From assembly GCA_019661795.1 (NCBI GenBank), contig JAIFWQ010000001.1:1-35434 (forward strand): DNA of 35,434 bases, given 5' to 3'. The translations under genes were made by a program, and so were the position numbers. Of this stretch, positions 35,415-35,434 are shown one piece after another. The first letter of the stretch is position 1, and the number at the start of each line of letters is the position of its first letter. The DNA is from Candidatus Parcubacteria bacterium (GTDB lineage: Bacteria > Patescibacteriota > Minisyncoccia > Phycocordibacterales > UBA6065). The notes under the pieces were generated by a model, which was not told where the DNA came from, searched no databases, and worked only from the letters and a program-made list of their open reading frames with translations.

Positions 35415-35434
35415 AGATCGGAAGAGCACTCGTC
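35415..35434. other. Illumina sequencing-adapter remnant at the contig end (not biological)
   Basis: AGATCGGAAGAGCAC is identical to the common 5' part of TruSeq adapters. The 23S similarity stops just before the universally conserved GGGGATAACAGG block that should follow. Confidence 0.9.

Overview
This 35.4 kb window is moderately GC-rich, tightly packed and mostly housekeeping. It looks like a small-genome, CPR/Patescibacteria-like bacterium. That assignment is an inference from three things: a 23S rRNA with no 16S upstream, broken ribosomal-protein synteny, and many anchored surface proteins of unknown function.

Gene order:
- + strand: partial CDS, ileS, recO-like, envelope protein, glyQS, M16 peptidase, AI-2E permease, metG, tatD, small orphan ORF, rpsF-ssb-rpsR.
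- - strand: efp, recA, small anchored protein, ftsK.
- + strand: wHTH regulator, then a ~530 nt structured non-coding region.
- + strand: five exported or anchored proteins (S-layer-like with a PG-binding domain, two lamin-tail-domain proteins, a beta-helix plus lipase protein, YceI).
- A possible small - strand ORF, rplJ-rplL (+), a zinc-ribbon protein (-), then a wHTH protein, a TM-helix-repeat protein and DoxX (all +).
- A 5'-partial 23S rRNA that runs into Illumina adapter sequence at the window end.

No CRISPR array, transposase, integrase, tRNA or recognisable defence gene was seen.

Most interesting observations:
1. An apparently intact histidine-phosphatase domain is nested inside the IleRS catalytic core.
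2. A surface-protein cluster ends in a beta-helix/LCAT-like lipase next to a YceI lipid-binding protein. This could be a lipid-scavenging module, and its 5' end appears frameshifted.
3. A candidate S-layer gene has its own codon bias and sits behind a long, hairpin-rich non-coding region.
4. A direct-repeat, operator-like array overlaps a near-consensus promoter.
5. A -10 box recurs 6-8 nt upstream of ATG start codons, suggesting leaderless mRNAs.
6. The contig ends in adapter contamination.

All protein family calls come from motifs read by eye. No database search was run.
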